A stretch of 64,000 nt of DNA from Trueperaceae bacterium (GTDB lineage Bacteria; Deinococcota; Deinococci; Deinococcales; Trueperaceae). The stretch spans positions 1,824,001 to 1,888,000 of the forward strand of contig CBDCDZ010000004.1 in the NCBI GenBank assembly GCA_965215565.1, given 5' to 3'. Positions 43,564-52,918 of this stretch are shown in pieces; position 1 is the first letter of the stretch; every line of letters begins with the position of its first letter. The notes beneath the pieces were generated by a model. It did no database searches and was not told where the DNA came from. It was given only the letters and a program-made list of their open reading frames with translations. The translations under genes and the position numbers were made by a program.

Positions 43564-44120
43564 TGGCAACGCACGCGCTGTCTGAGCAAGAGTTGCAAAC
43601 TTACGGACTTGTTGCAGAGTTCAGCACGCCCGAGGCGATTGTCGAGGCGGCGGAGAAAACCAGAGAGGCGGGCTACACCGCGATTGAAGGCTACTCGCCC
43701 TTCCCAGTTCACGGGCTCGATGAAGCGCTGGGTTTCAACAATACGAAACTGGGCTGGGTGGTTCTCATCGTGGGCGGCTTGGGCGGTCTCGCAGGCTTCC
43801 TCATGTGCTGGTACGCTAACGTCGTCTATTATCCCCTCAACATCGGTGGCAAGCCGCTGAATAGTTGGCCCAATTTCGTGGTCATCACCTTTGAATGCAC
43901 GATCCTTTTTTCGGCGTTCACGGCAGGGCTCTTTATGCTGGCGCGAAACGGGCTGCCGCAGCCGTACCACTCGATATTCAACACGCCGAACTTCGAAGCG
44001 GCGAGCCGCGACAAATTCTTCTTGTGTATCGAAGCGAAAGACGAAAAATTTGACCCTGAGGAGACGCGGCGCTTTCTAGAGGAGATGGAGCCTGACCGCG
44101 TCTCCGAGGTTGAGGTATGA
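43563..44120 (+). CDS. actD: Alternative complex III subunit D (DUF3341)
   Basis: YSPFPVHGLDEA and YPLNIGGKP motifs; operon position. Confidence 0.92.
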   Translation: MATHALSEQELQTYGLVAEFSTPEAIVEAAEKTREAGYTAIEGYSPFPVHGLDEALGFNNTKLGWVVLIVGGLGGLAGFLMCWYANVVYYPLNIGGKPLNSWPNFVVITFECTILFSAFTAGLFMLARNGLPQPYHSIFNTPNFEAASRDKFFLCIEAKDEKFDPEETRRFLEEMEPDRVSEVEV

Positions 44121-44755
44121 AGATGACGAGATACGTTCTACTCTTGGCGGCGTTCGGCTTGCTCTTAGCGGGCTGCGGGCGCAACATGTACGACCAAGAG
44201 GGTAAGTACGAAACCTACGAAACGAGCGACCTCTTCGAGGACGGTACCTCGGCGCGCCCGCTCATCGAGGGCACCGTGACGCGCACCAGAGGCGACGTCA
44301 ACGAGGCATTTTTTACAGGTCAAGACGTGAACGGCTTGCTCACCGAGTCGCCCATTCCAATCACCGAAGAGACCTTAGCGAGAGGTCAAGAGCGCTACAA
44401 CATCTACTGCTCGCCCTGTCACAACTTCAACGGCAACGGCATGGGCATGATCGTGCAAAAAGGGTTTGTACAGCCGGCCTCGTTCCACGAGCAGCGTTTG
44501 CAGCAGTCACCTGTTGGGTACTTCTATAACGCGATTACCAATGGCTTTGGGCGGATGTACTCGTACGCCTCACGCATTCCCCCCGAAGACCGCTGGGCGA
44601 TCTCGGCGTACATCAAGACGATGCAGTTCAGCCAGTACGCGGACCCCACGAACCTACCTGAAGGCGTAAGAGGTCAGTTGGAAAGGTCTCAGGCGCAAAC
44701 TCAGCCGACCCAAACGGCGCAAGGGCAACCCGCGCAAGAAGGGGGTCAAGAGTGA
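44117..44755 (+). CDS. actE: Alternative complex III monoheme cytochrome c lipoprotein
   Basis: Lipobox LLAGC; RGQERYNIYCSPCH; DRWAI. Confidence 0.92.
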   Translation: MKMTRYVLLLAAFGLLLAGCGRNMYDQEGKYETYETSDLFEDGTSARPLIEGTVTRTRGDVNEAFFTGQDVNGLLTESPIPITEETLARGQERYNIYCSPCHNFNGNGMGMIVQKGFVQPASFHEQRLQQSPVGYFYNAITNGFGRMYSYASRIPPEDRWAISAYIKTMQFSQYADPTNLPEGVRGQLERSQAQTQPTQTAQGQPAQEGGQE

Positions 44756-45930
44756 GCGACGACCTCGCTTCACGCTTCAGCAACTATCAGCGTATCGCGC
44801 TCATTACCGGGGTTGTCGGCTTAGGGCTCCTGACGTTCGGGGCGTTTCTGAACCCCCAAGGCTTCTTCGAGTCCTACTTGTACGGCTTCCTCTTCTGGCT
44901 GGGGCTTTCCTTGGGCTGCTTTTTCATCCTGATGCTCCAGTACGTTGCGGGCGGTCCGTGGGGTACGATGGTGCGCCGCCCGATGGAGGCGGGCATCATG
45001 GTCTTGCCGGTGCTGGCGCTTCTCTTCGTCCCACTGCTCTTCGGCATGGGTTACCTCTACGAGTGGACGAACCCCGAAGTCGTCGCGTCGAGCACCTTTT
45101 TGATCGAAAAGACCGAATACCTCAACGTGCCTTTTTTCATCATTCGCAGCGCGATCTACTTCACCATCTGGGTAGGCGGCGCGTTCCTCTTTACACGCTG
45201 GGCGCGGAAACAAGAAGAGGGCGCGGACATCTTTCAGTTCTTGCGCAACGTGAGCGCCCCCGGCATTATCATTTACATCCTGACGATGACCTTCGCCGCT
45301 ATCGACTGGGGCATGTCCTTAACGCCCGAGTGGTTTTCAGGCATGTACGGCGTCATTTTCATGATCGGGCAAGCGCTCTCGGCGATGGCGCTAGCCATCT
45401 TCGTCACCGTGTTTTTCAGGAACCGCGAGCCGTTCTCAAAGGTTTACAACGCGAAGCGGCTTCAGGACTTAGGCAACTTCTTGATGGCGTTCACGATGTT
45501 TTGGGCGTACGTACAAATGTCGCAGTTCATTATTATTTGGTCGAATAATGTCGTAGAGACGGCGAGCTGGTATGTCTACCGCACCGAAACGCAGTGGATT
45601 TGGGTCTCAGCCTTTCTGCTCGTGTTCCATTTCTTCGTGCCCTTTTTGATCCTCTTCTCCCGCTGGGTCAAGCAGAAAGCGCGGGCGCTCATTTGGGTGG
45701 CAGCGTGGATGATCTTCGCCCGTCTAGTGGACATCTTTTGGATTGTCGTGCCCACCTTTGAGCGCGAGGGTTTTCCCCTTTACTGGACGGACGCCGCCGC
45801 TGTCATCGGCATCGGCGGCATCTGGCTAGCCGTCTTCTTCTCACGCATTAAGCAGCGCGAGATTTTACCGACCAAAGACCCACGCATTCAAAGCGCCCTC
45901 TCAGGTATGGAAGCAGCCGCACATGACTGA
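44752..45930 (+). CDS. actF: Alternative complex III membrane subunit F
   Basis: About 10 TMs; YLNVPFF, DWGMSLTPEWFS and SQFIIIWSNN. Confidence 0.92.
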   Translation: MSDDLASRFSNYQRIALITGVVGLGLLTFGAFLNPQGFFESYLYGFLFWLGLSLGCFFILMLQYVAGGPWGTMVRRPMEAGIMVLPVLALLFVPLLFGMGYLYEWTNPEVVASSTFLIEKTEYLNVPFFIIRSAIYFTIWVGGAFLFTRWARKQEEGADIFQFLRNVSAPGIIIYILTMTFAAIDWGMSLTPEWFSGMYGVIFMIGQALSAMALAIFVTVFFRNREPFSKVYNAKRLQDLGNFLMAFTMFWAYVQMSQFIIIWSNNVVETASWYVYRTETQWIWVSAFLLVFHFFVPFLILFSRWVKQKARALIWVAAWMIFARLVDIFWIVVPTFEREGFPLYWTDAAAVIGIGGIWLAVFFSRIKQREILPTKDPRIQSALSGMEAAAHD

Positions 45931-47026
45931 CAACAACGACGATAAGAACAAGCAAGAAGGCGCGAACGAGCAGGAATTTCACGAGAACGAGATGGACCAG
46001 GAGATGGAGTCGCCCGAGGAGCGTGAGATTGAGGGCGGCGAAGTCCTCTCTGCCGAGGAGACGTTGAGCGGCGAAGACGACAACGCTCGCATCGACAGCG
46101 AAGAGCTGCGCCGCGAGGTCGAAGGCGGCGAGGGTACCGAACTCGAGGACCCACCGGAGCGCAGCTACGCCATCGGTTCGAATATGGTGCGCAACATCTT
46201 TATCGGCTCGGGCATCGCTGCGGTCGTAGTCATCACAGTGATTTTGACGCTCACCTCCGCCGTCGATCAAGCGCGTTACACACCTGCCGACGAGACGCAG
46301 TACCAGCGCACGCTCACTGATGCGACGCAGGAATTAAGCAGCTACGCACAGAATGAAAATGGACGCGCTACGATTCCGATTGAGCAAGCCATCGCGCTCA
46401 CCGCTGAGCGCGGCCTGAACGAAATCAACGCGGAGCTTGGTGTCCAGATACCGGGGGCGGATCAGGGTCAGCCGGTCCAAGAAGGCGCTCAGCAAGGTTC
46501 GCAAGAGCCCCAGCAGCAAGCGGCAGCAGAGCAGGCGCAACCGCAGCAGCAAGGTGAGGGACAGGGAGCAGCGCAAGACGCCGGACAGGGCGAGCAACAA
46601 CAGGCTGAGCAGGCGCAGGGTCAAGCCCAACCCGAAGTCCTCACAGCGGGCGAGAGCGTCTATACTGCGAACTGCTTATCGTGCCACCAGGCGAACGGGC
46701 AGGGTATCGCGGGCGCATTTCCGACGCTCGTAGACCACGTGCCGCTCCTCTACAACGCGGACCGGCGCTACCTCATCAACTTACAGCTTTACGGACTGCA
46801 AGGTCAGATACAGGTGCAAGGACAGAGTTACAACGGCGTGATGCCCCAATGGGCGCAGCTCAGCGACCAGCAAATCGCGGACGTGCTCAACTACGTCTCG
46901 ACCAACTGGGACAACAACCAAGACCTACAGAACTTTCAACCTTATACGCCTGAAGAGGTCGCCGCAGAGCGGAACCAGGGACTCAGCGCGAGCGACGTCT
47001 ATAACCAAAGACCGAATTTGCAGTAG
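45923..47026 (+). CDS. Membrane-anchored ActG-like protein fused to a class I cytochrome c
   Basis: Acidic N-terminus, TM, IPIEQAI segment, Gln-rich linker, then CLSCHQ...GAFP...YNGVMP. Confidence 0.85.
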   Translation: MTDNNDDKNKQEGANEQEFHENEMDQEMESPEEREIEGGEVLSAEETLSGEDDNARIDSEELRREVEGGEGTELEDPPERSYAIGSNMVRNIFIGSGIAAVVVITVILTLTSAVDQARYTPADETQYQRTLTDATQELSSYAQNENGRATIPIEQAIALTAERGLNEINAELGVQIPGADQGQPVQEGAQQGSQEPQQQAAAEQAQPQQQGEGQGAAQDAGQGEQQQAEQAQGQAQPEVLTAGESVYTANCLSCHQANGQGIAGAFPTLVDHVPLLYNADRRYLINLQLYGLQGQIQVQGQSYNGVMPQWAQLSDQQIADVLNYVSTNWDNNQDLQNFQPYTPEEVAAERNQGLSASDVYNQRPNLQ

Positions 47027-47052
47027 GTCTGTTAAGCGCTAGAGTTGGTAAA

Positions 47053-47087
47053 TAAGAAAGGCGGAGATGATCTCTCCGCCTTTCTTA
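47053..47087. terminator. Bidirectional terminator after the ACIII operon
   Basis: TAAGAAAGGCGGAGA/TCTCCGCCTTTCTTA perfect 15-bp stem. Confidence 0.85.
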
Positions 47088-47136
47088 ATGGGAACGCTCT
47101 GCGCTAAATTAGGAGGAGTCTCCTCTACCCCAGGGC

Positions 47137-49647
47137 TCACCACGTCCCCAGCACGCGCTGATATTCCGCGATCGCCACCGCCCGCCTTGGATCGTGTTTA
47201 GGCAGCGCCTCCAAGCTCGCCTCCCACAGCTCCAGGTCCTCTTCTAAGCGCTCGGACAAGTCGAGCAGCGCGTCGGGGTCTTGTGAGGCGAGCGCGGCTT
47301 GCCTCAGCAGTTCCTCCAAGGTGTCGCGCACTTCTGTCACGCCGGGGGTGTCCGACTTGGGCAGGAGCGGACCCCGGTAGAGTTCTAAGCCTGCCCGGAG
47401 ATGCCCTTTACGTAAAAGCGCCTCGAGCGCCAAGAAGTCCGCCTCGAATTCGGTGTCTAGACGGTAGGGCGCGCGGGTGACCGGCACGGAGCGGCGCAGC
47501 TTCGAGAGCGCGCCTTTGAGCGTGGCGAGTTTACCCTCGTCACCGTAAAGTTGCAGGAGAAGCTGCTCGGGGCTGAGCCCCTCGGGGTGCCGTGCGAGCA
47601 GCGCGAGAATGTCGAGGAGTTGGGGGGGCAACTTCAAGCGCTCGCCGTGAAGATAGACCTCGTGTTGACCCAAAAAGGTCAGCTTGAGCGGCGCTTCGTG
47701 ACCCCGCCAGAGCGCCCTGACCCCGCTGAAGTGCTCAGGAGGTCCTAAAAGTCGGAAGCCCGTCTCGGAGAGTTCTCTGATGCCGACGTCGCAGCGCGCG
47801 AGCGCCGCTTTCGCGTCGCCTTGACATCCGAGCGAGAGGTATGCTTGAGCGAGGTACGCGCAAGCGGAGACCAAGTGATCACCTTTGAGGGCGGCGGCGA
47901 GTTCGTCGCAGGCTTCCCCGAGCGGCCCGATGGCCGCCTCGGGCTCCGTAAGTGCGAAGACCATCCCCTGAGAAAGTTTCGCGTAGGTGCGCACCTGCCC
48001 CGGTACATCTTGCAAGAAGAGGTAGTGTCTGCGGGCCAGCGCGCTGGCTCTCTCCACCTGAGCACTATGGAGTAGACCCTGAACTGCGTTGTAGAGGAAG
48101 TAGGGTAGCACGTGCCAACTCTGCGTCGCGAGTTGGTCTTCGAACGACGCCAAATTTTGCAGATAGTGTGCTGAGGCCGCTTCGGTTTCGCCCTGCGAGA
48201 GCAGGTAGTCACCCAACGTCGAGCGGAAGCCGCTGGCTTTTTTGGGCGAGGCAACCTGCAGCGCCTCGACCTCACGCTCGAGCACGTCGCGCAGCCCTAC
48301 CGTCTCGCCGATCAGGATGCGGGTGTACGCTAAGTTGGAAAGCAGGTGGAGCCTGAGCTGCCAGTCGCCTCCCCTAGCTTCGTCGAAGATGGTGAGCGCT
48401 TTTTCCAACCACGCCGCCGCCTCGTGATATCTGCCGAGCAGCCCGAGGGGAAAGGCGACCATCATCGTCGCGCTGGCGCGTTTAAGGGGGTGCGAGGCGG
48501 TTTCAGTGAGCAGGGCAAGCTCGCGGAGCACTGCCAATCCCCTCTCTGGATCGCGGTAGGTCCAGGCGTTGCCGTAGTGCTGCAGCGTCGTGAAGGTCTT
48601 CGCGGAGCGGTACGCCCGCTCGACCTCTCTAAAGCCGCGCTCGGTAGGGAGGTGCGAGGCGTACTGCGCCCGGAGATCGGGGGCGTCGTGGGTAGCCAAG
48701 TGACGCTCGACGCTCGCGCGCACGTCCGCGTCTAAGTTCAGGCGCTGCGCCGAACGCAGCCGCCAGAAGAGCACCGCTTCTGCCTCTTTGACCTCTTCGG
48801 GTAGCGCCTCTAGCAGATCGAAGAGCTTGGCGTAGCGCCCCCCCGCGAGGTACGCTTCGCCCGCTTCGCTCAGCAACTCGGGTACACGCTCGGGCGCGTG
48901 CTCGGCGGCAACCTCGAGCGCCTCCGGCCACGCCCCGCGTCGCTCCAACACCTTGAGAAAGACCTCGGGCGGCACCGCTATCGCCGTATTGGGGGGCAGG
49001 GCAGCTCCCTCTGGGTGCGGCCGCAGTTTGGGCGGCAAGTTGAGGTGCTTGTGCAGTTCGAGTCGCAACGTCTCGTACGCGCCGCCGCTCAGACGGTAGA
49101 GGTTGGACATTTCAACGTCGCCGAGCTGCGCCGAATGCTCCGCCAGAATAGCGTGCGCCTCCTCTTCGGTGAGGCGCAGATCGTCAGCTCTGATGATGAG
49201 GGCATTTTCAGGAATAAGAAACTGCTCGGGGAGCCGCGTGAACTCGAGGATGACCTTCACTTCGGGCGCTTGCAACGCGGCGAGGTCACGCGCTAGCGCC
49301 TGCGCGTGCTCCGCCCCTGAAAGGATCAGGGTCAGAGGCGCGAAGAGCCCGACGTGCTGCGCCAAAACCGAGACGACGTAGTCGTAAGCCATGCCGCTGC
49401 CAACGACTTGGCAGTCCAGAGCGCGGCTCAGTGCGTCAGCCAGCTTGTTACCGGCAGCGACAGGGTCCCCTGCCTCCTCTTCGGTGAGGTCACACCAGAG
49501 GCACGTCTTTTCTTGCTTGGTCAGCTCATGGAAGAGGTAGGGCGTTCCCCAAGTGCGTTCAGCCATACATACGGCGAGTTGCGGACGCTCCCCAATCCGG
49601 GAGAGCATACGCCGCATGAAGGAAGCCACCTCGTAATTGTACTGCAC
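47137..49647 (-). CDS. Large MalT/SARP-like transcriptional regulator (degenerate NTPase, TPR-like middle, winged-helix/BTAD-like C-terminus)
   Basis: ADDLRLTEEEA MalT-like motif, helical repeats and C-terminal LALLARHPEGL...LYRGPLLP; start uncertain. Confidence 0.75.
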   Translation of the reverse strand: MQYNYEVASFMRRMLSRIGERPQLAVCMAERTWGTPYLFHELTKQEKTCLWCDLTEEEAGDPVAAGNKLADALSRALDCQVVGSGMAYDYVVSVLAQHVGLFAPLTLILSGAEHAQALARDLAALQAPEVKVILEFTRLPEQFLIPENALIIRADDLRLTEEEAHAILAEHSAQLGDVEMSNLYRLSGGAYETLRLELHKHLNLPPKLRPHPEGAALPPNTAIAVPPEVFLKVLERRGAWPEALEVAAEHAPERVPELLSEAGEAYLAGGRYAKLFDLLEALPEEVKEAEAVLFWRLRSAQRLNLDADVRASVERHLATHDAPDLRAQYASHLPTERGFREVERAYRSAKTFTTLQHYGNAWTYRDPERGLAVLRELALLTETASHPLKRASATMMVAFPLGLLGRYHEAAAWLEKALTIFDEARGGDWQLRLHLLSNLAYTRILIGETVGLRDVLEREVEALQVASPKKASGFRSTLGDYLLSQGETEAASAHYLQNLASFEDQLATQSWHVLPYFLYNAVQGLLHSAQVERASALARRHYLFLQDVPGQVRTYAKLSQGMVFALTEPEAAIGPLGEACDELAAALKGDHLVSACAYLAQAYLSLGCQGDAKAALARCDVGIRELSETGFRLLGPPEHFSGVRALWRGHEAPLKLTFLGQHEVYLHGERLKLPPQLLDILALLARHPEGLSPEQLLLQLYGDEGKLATLKGALSKLRRSVPVTRAPYRLDTEFEADFLALEALLRKGHLRAGLELYRGPLLPKSDTPGVTEVRDTLEELLRQAALASQDPDALLDLSERLEEDLELWEASLEALPKHDPRRAVAIAEYQRVLGTW

Positions 49648-49990
49648 GCCGCCAAAGGTTGCAATTGAGCGTAGATTCTATGAGTTTTCAATGAAATAAT
49701 GACCGAAAAAGTAACCTTTGCTTTATGTGTTCAGACAGGTAGACCACAATAGGTAGACTGTGAGCAGCTTAGCGGCGTGTACCGGGTAGAGCGAAAATTT
49801 TCATGAGAGCGAAGGGGGCGTGACGACATCCTACTTTTTTCAATCCTCTACTGTAGTTGGGCTACTTTTGGAACTCCAGCATCGCAGCGTCCACAGCATT
49901 GGTACCAAAAAAGCGTGTACAATAAACAGACATCGTCAAGTTGAGTACAGATGCGGTTACTCCTATGTTTCGCCGCAGAAAGGACGCTTT

Positions 49991-51574
49991 ATGTTGAGCC
50001 TCGCTTCGTTCGTCCAGGAACACGCCCTACGTACCCCTGAACGCACCGCCATGCGCATGGGGGAAACGTCTTACACGTACGCGCAACTGAACGCAATGGC
50101 AAACGCCGTCGCCAACTATCTAGTTGAGAGAGGCTTAGAGTCCGGCGATCACGTTGCGCTCTCCTGCCCGAACCTCCCCTATTTTCCGGTGGTTTACTAC
50201 GGCATCCTCAAGGCGGGCTGCGTCGTCGTGCCGCTCAACGTCCTCCTCAAAGCGCCTGAAATCGAGTATCACCTAAACGACGCGAACGCGAAGGCTTATT
50301 TTGTCTTTGAAGGAACGGACGAGTTGCCGATGGCGAAGGCGGGCGCAGCAGCCTTTGACAAGGTGGACGCCTGCGAGCACCTCATCGTGATGACCGCTGA
50401 CCCTGCCGCGCAGAGCCCGGTTGAGAGCACCACGACGCTCGGGCAGATTCTGCACTCGCACTCTAAGGAATTCGAACTCGTGCCCCGGCAAGCTACGGAC
50501 ACCGCTGTCATCCTCTACACCTCCGGCACGACAGGACGCCCCAAGGGTGCAGAGCTGAGCCAGCTCAACATGGCGCTCAACGCAATGATCTCGGTTGACC
50601 TCATCGGCGGCAAAGGAATTGCCAAAGACCACGTCTTCATGATGGTCTTGCCTCTTTTTCACTCCTTTGGGCAGACCTGCGGCATGAACGCCATGTTCTA
50701 CGCGGGCGGGCAGATCACCATGCTGCCGCGCTTCGACGCGGCGGGCGCGCTTAAAACGGTGCAGGCGCACGGCGTCACCGTTTTCGCGGGCGTGCCGACG
50801 ATGTACTGGGGACTTCTCGGCGAAGCCAAAAACCTCTCCGAAGACGCCAAAGATACGTTGCGCACCTCTTTACAGTACTGCATGAGCGGTGGCTCGGCTT
50901 TGGCGGTTGAACTCTTGGGTAACTTCGAAGAAGCCTTTCAAGTCCCGATCATGGAAGGTTACGGGCTCTCCGAGACGAGCCCTGTGGCGAGCTTTAACCA
51001 CGCCGACAGGGAGCGCAAGCCGGGCACAGTGGGTCAAGCGATTTTTGGCGTGGAGATTAAAGTGGTAGACGAGGAAGACAAAGAGGTTGCTGCAGGCGAG
51101 TCAGGTGAGATCGTCATTCGCGGTCACAACGTGATGAAAGGCTACTTCGAGCGCCCTGAAGAGACTGAAGAAGCCTTGCGCGGCGGCTGGTTTCACACAG
51201 GCGACGTCGGCGTGATGGACGAAGACGGTTACGTCTCCATCGTGGACCGCATCAAGGACATGATCGTGCGAGGTGGCTACAACGTCTACCCGCGTGAAGT
51301 CGAAGAGGTCTTGATGACGCACAACGCCGTCTCGCTCGCCGCTGTAATTGGCGTGCCGAGCGAGGAGCACGGCGAGGAGATCGCGGCGTACCTTGTTTTA
51401 GAGGACGACGCGCAAGCCTCGGAAGATGAGATCATCGCGTGGAGCAAAGAGCAGATGGCGGCGTATAAGTATCCGCGTGAGGTCAACTTCGTGGACGCGC
51501 TGCCGATGAACGCGACAGGGAAGATTTTGCGGCGCGAGCTGCGGGAAGAGGCGAAGGAAGAGGTCTCGGCTTAA
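49991..51574 (+). CDS. Long-chain fatty acid--CoA ligase
   Basis: YTSGTTGRPKG, EGYGLSET, FHTGD, DRIKDMI and TGKILR motifs; likely start MLSLASF. Confidence 0.93.
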   Translation: MLSLASFVQEHALRTPERTAMRMGETSYTYAQLNAMANAVANYLVERGLESGDHVALSCPNLPYFPVVYYGILKAGCVVVPLNVLLKAPEIEYHLNDANAKAYFVFEGTDELPMAKAGAAAFDKVDACEHLIVMTADPAAQSPVESTTTLGQILHSHSKEFELVPRQATDTAVILYTSGTTGRPKGAELSQLNMALNAMISVDLIGGKGIAKDHVFMMVLPLFHSFGQTCGMNAMFYAGGQITMLPRFDAAGALKTVQAHGVTVFAGVPTMYWGLLGEAKNLSEDAKDTLRTSLQYCMSGGSALAVELLGNFEEAFQVPIMEGYGLSETSPVASFNHADRERKPGTVGQAIFGVEIKVVDEEDKEVAAGESGEIVIRGHNVMKGYFERPEETEEALRGGWFHTGDVGVMDEDGYVSIVDRIKDMIVRGGYNVYPREVEEVLMTHNAVSLAAVIGVPSEEHGEEIAAYLVLEDDAQASEDEIIAWSKEQMAAYKYPREVNFVDALPMNATGKILRRELREEAKEEVSA

Positions 51575-51666
51575 AATCGAAATTTTTATGCTAATGCACG
51601 GGTAAAAGCAGAAGGCGAGTTAGTGGCAAACAGTAGTTTTGCCACTAATCCTCTATCATAAAAAAG

Positions 51667-52914
51667 ATGACTCCCGAAGAATTACAAGAAATCCTGACGA
51701 TGAAAGAGGGTCTAAAACTTGACTTCAAGCGCGAGTACCACCTAGACAAAAGCTGTCCACCTTCAGGAGCCAACCCTCAAGAATGGCGTAGATACGTTGA
51801 TGGTCAATGGGATGAATTAGTTAAAGATATTATCTCTCTTACAAATGGAAATGTGGGTACTCCAAATAAAGTAGGGAGACTTATCATAGGGGTTGCAGAC
51901 AAACTAAATAAGGACGGTTCACGAGATTTGTGTGACACTACTGACCTTGGCATTACGGCTCAACAAGTTATGGCTAAAGTCAATAGCGCATGTGTACCTG
52001 CGATTCCTGATGTTCTACTCGAGAAAGTAGATTTAGAAGGTAAGCTAGTTACAGTCATCACGATACCTCCAAGTCCATATCTTCATGAGAGTACTCGAGA
52101 CCTAGAGGTTACTAGAGGTAATTTCGATAATCAAGGGAAACTAACTAAAGTTGACAAAAAGAAAAGCTACACGAGGCATACCGCATTCATTAGAAAAGGA
52201 GAAGATATTCTACCTGCCTCAAATTTTGAAAGGCGAGCTTTAGAGGAAGACAAAAAATTTGGCCTGTTGGCAATGAAACAAAATCTGAAGTTAGAAGTAA
52301 TAGATAACCTAAAGCTTCTACTGCTAAAGTCTGGCAAAAGTGGAGAAATTGTTGATTTAAGTGCTTTTATTCATGTATTTACCGAGAAGTATTGTATCAA
52401 GTCCGGTGAAACTCTAGTTATTGAGAGAGGTGATTTCTCGCTTATAGCGTATCCTTTAATGCAAGCCTCTAGAGCTAGAAGCGGATTAAGCACTCAATTT
52501 TTGGATAGTGCTATTTTGTCTGGAAAATATTTAACTTTTGATGCTGCAACAGGACAGTATTTTGCCAGTGAGTTTCTTGAAGGGCTACTCAAACTGCAAG
52601 AGAGAATTAGACGCCTCAAGCTCGTAGCAAGCGAGATAGCGAGCTTCTTTGGAAAGTATGCTCCTGCAAGGAATCCTGAACCTTTTATTCATATCTCCAG
52701 CAATGATTCAATATTTATAGGTGGTATCTTAAACTTATATCAGGACGTTACAAACTTGTGTTCCGCTTTGCTTTCCTATTTATTTGGTGATTTGTCGCCT
52801 CTAAGGAATTTAGTTTTGACGAATGTCACACCTGACGACGAACAAGCAGAAGGCATTAAGAGAGAAGCATTGAGCGAAGAAGAAGTGATTCAGTGGCTAA
52901 AGAAAAGGAGATAA
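51667..52914 (+). CDS. Schlafen/AlbA_2-domain protein with an unknown C-terminal domain; low GC
   Basis: EGLKLDFKRE...KDIISLTN...GRLIIGVAD; sampled lines about 35% GC versus about 60% in the flanks. Confidence 0.8.
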   Translation: MTPEELQEILTMKEGLKLDFKREYHLDKSCPPSGANPQEWRRYVDGQWDELVKDIISLTNGNVGTPNKVGRLIIGVADKLNKDGSRDLCDTTDLGITAQQVMAKVNSACVPAIPDVLLEKVDLEGKLVTVITIPPSPYLHESTRDLEVTRGNFDNQGKLTKVDKKKSYTRHTAFIRKGEDILPASNFERRALEEDKKFGLLAMKQNLKLEVIDNLKLLLLKSGKSGEIVDLSAFIHVFTEKYCIKSGETLVIERGDFSLIAYPLMQASRARSGLSTQFLDSAILSGKYLTFDAATGQYFASEFLEGLLKLQERIRRLKLVASEIASFFGKYAPARNPEPFIHISSNDSIFIGGILNLYQDVTNLCSALLSYLFGDLSPLRNLVLTNVTPDDEQAEGIKREALSEEEVIQWLKKRR

Positions 52915-52918
52915 TCAT

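Noticed and set aside
51619..51648. Integron attC site flanking the AlbA_2 gene
   Set aside because: Short simple hairpin with the wrong core-site orientation, no second site and no integrase
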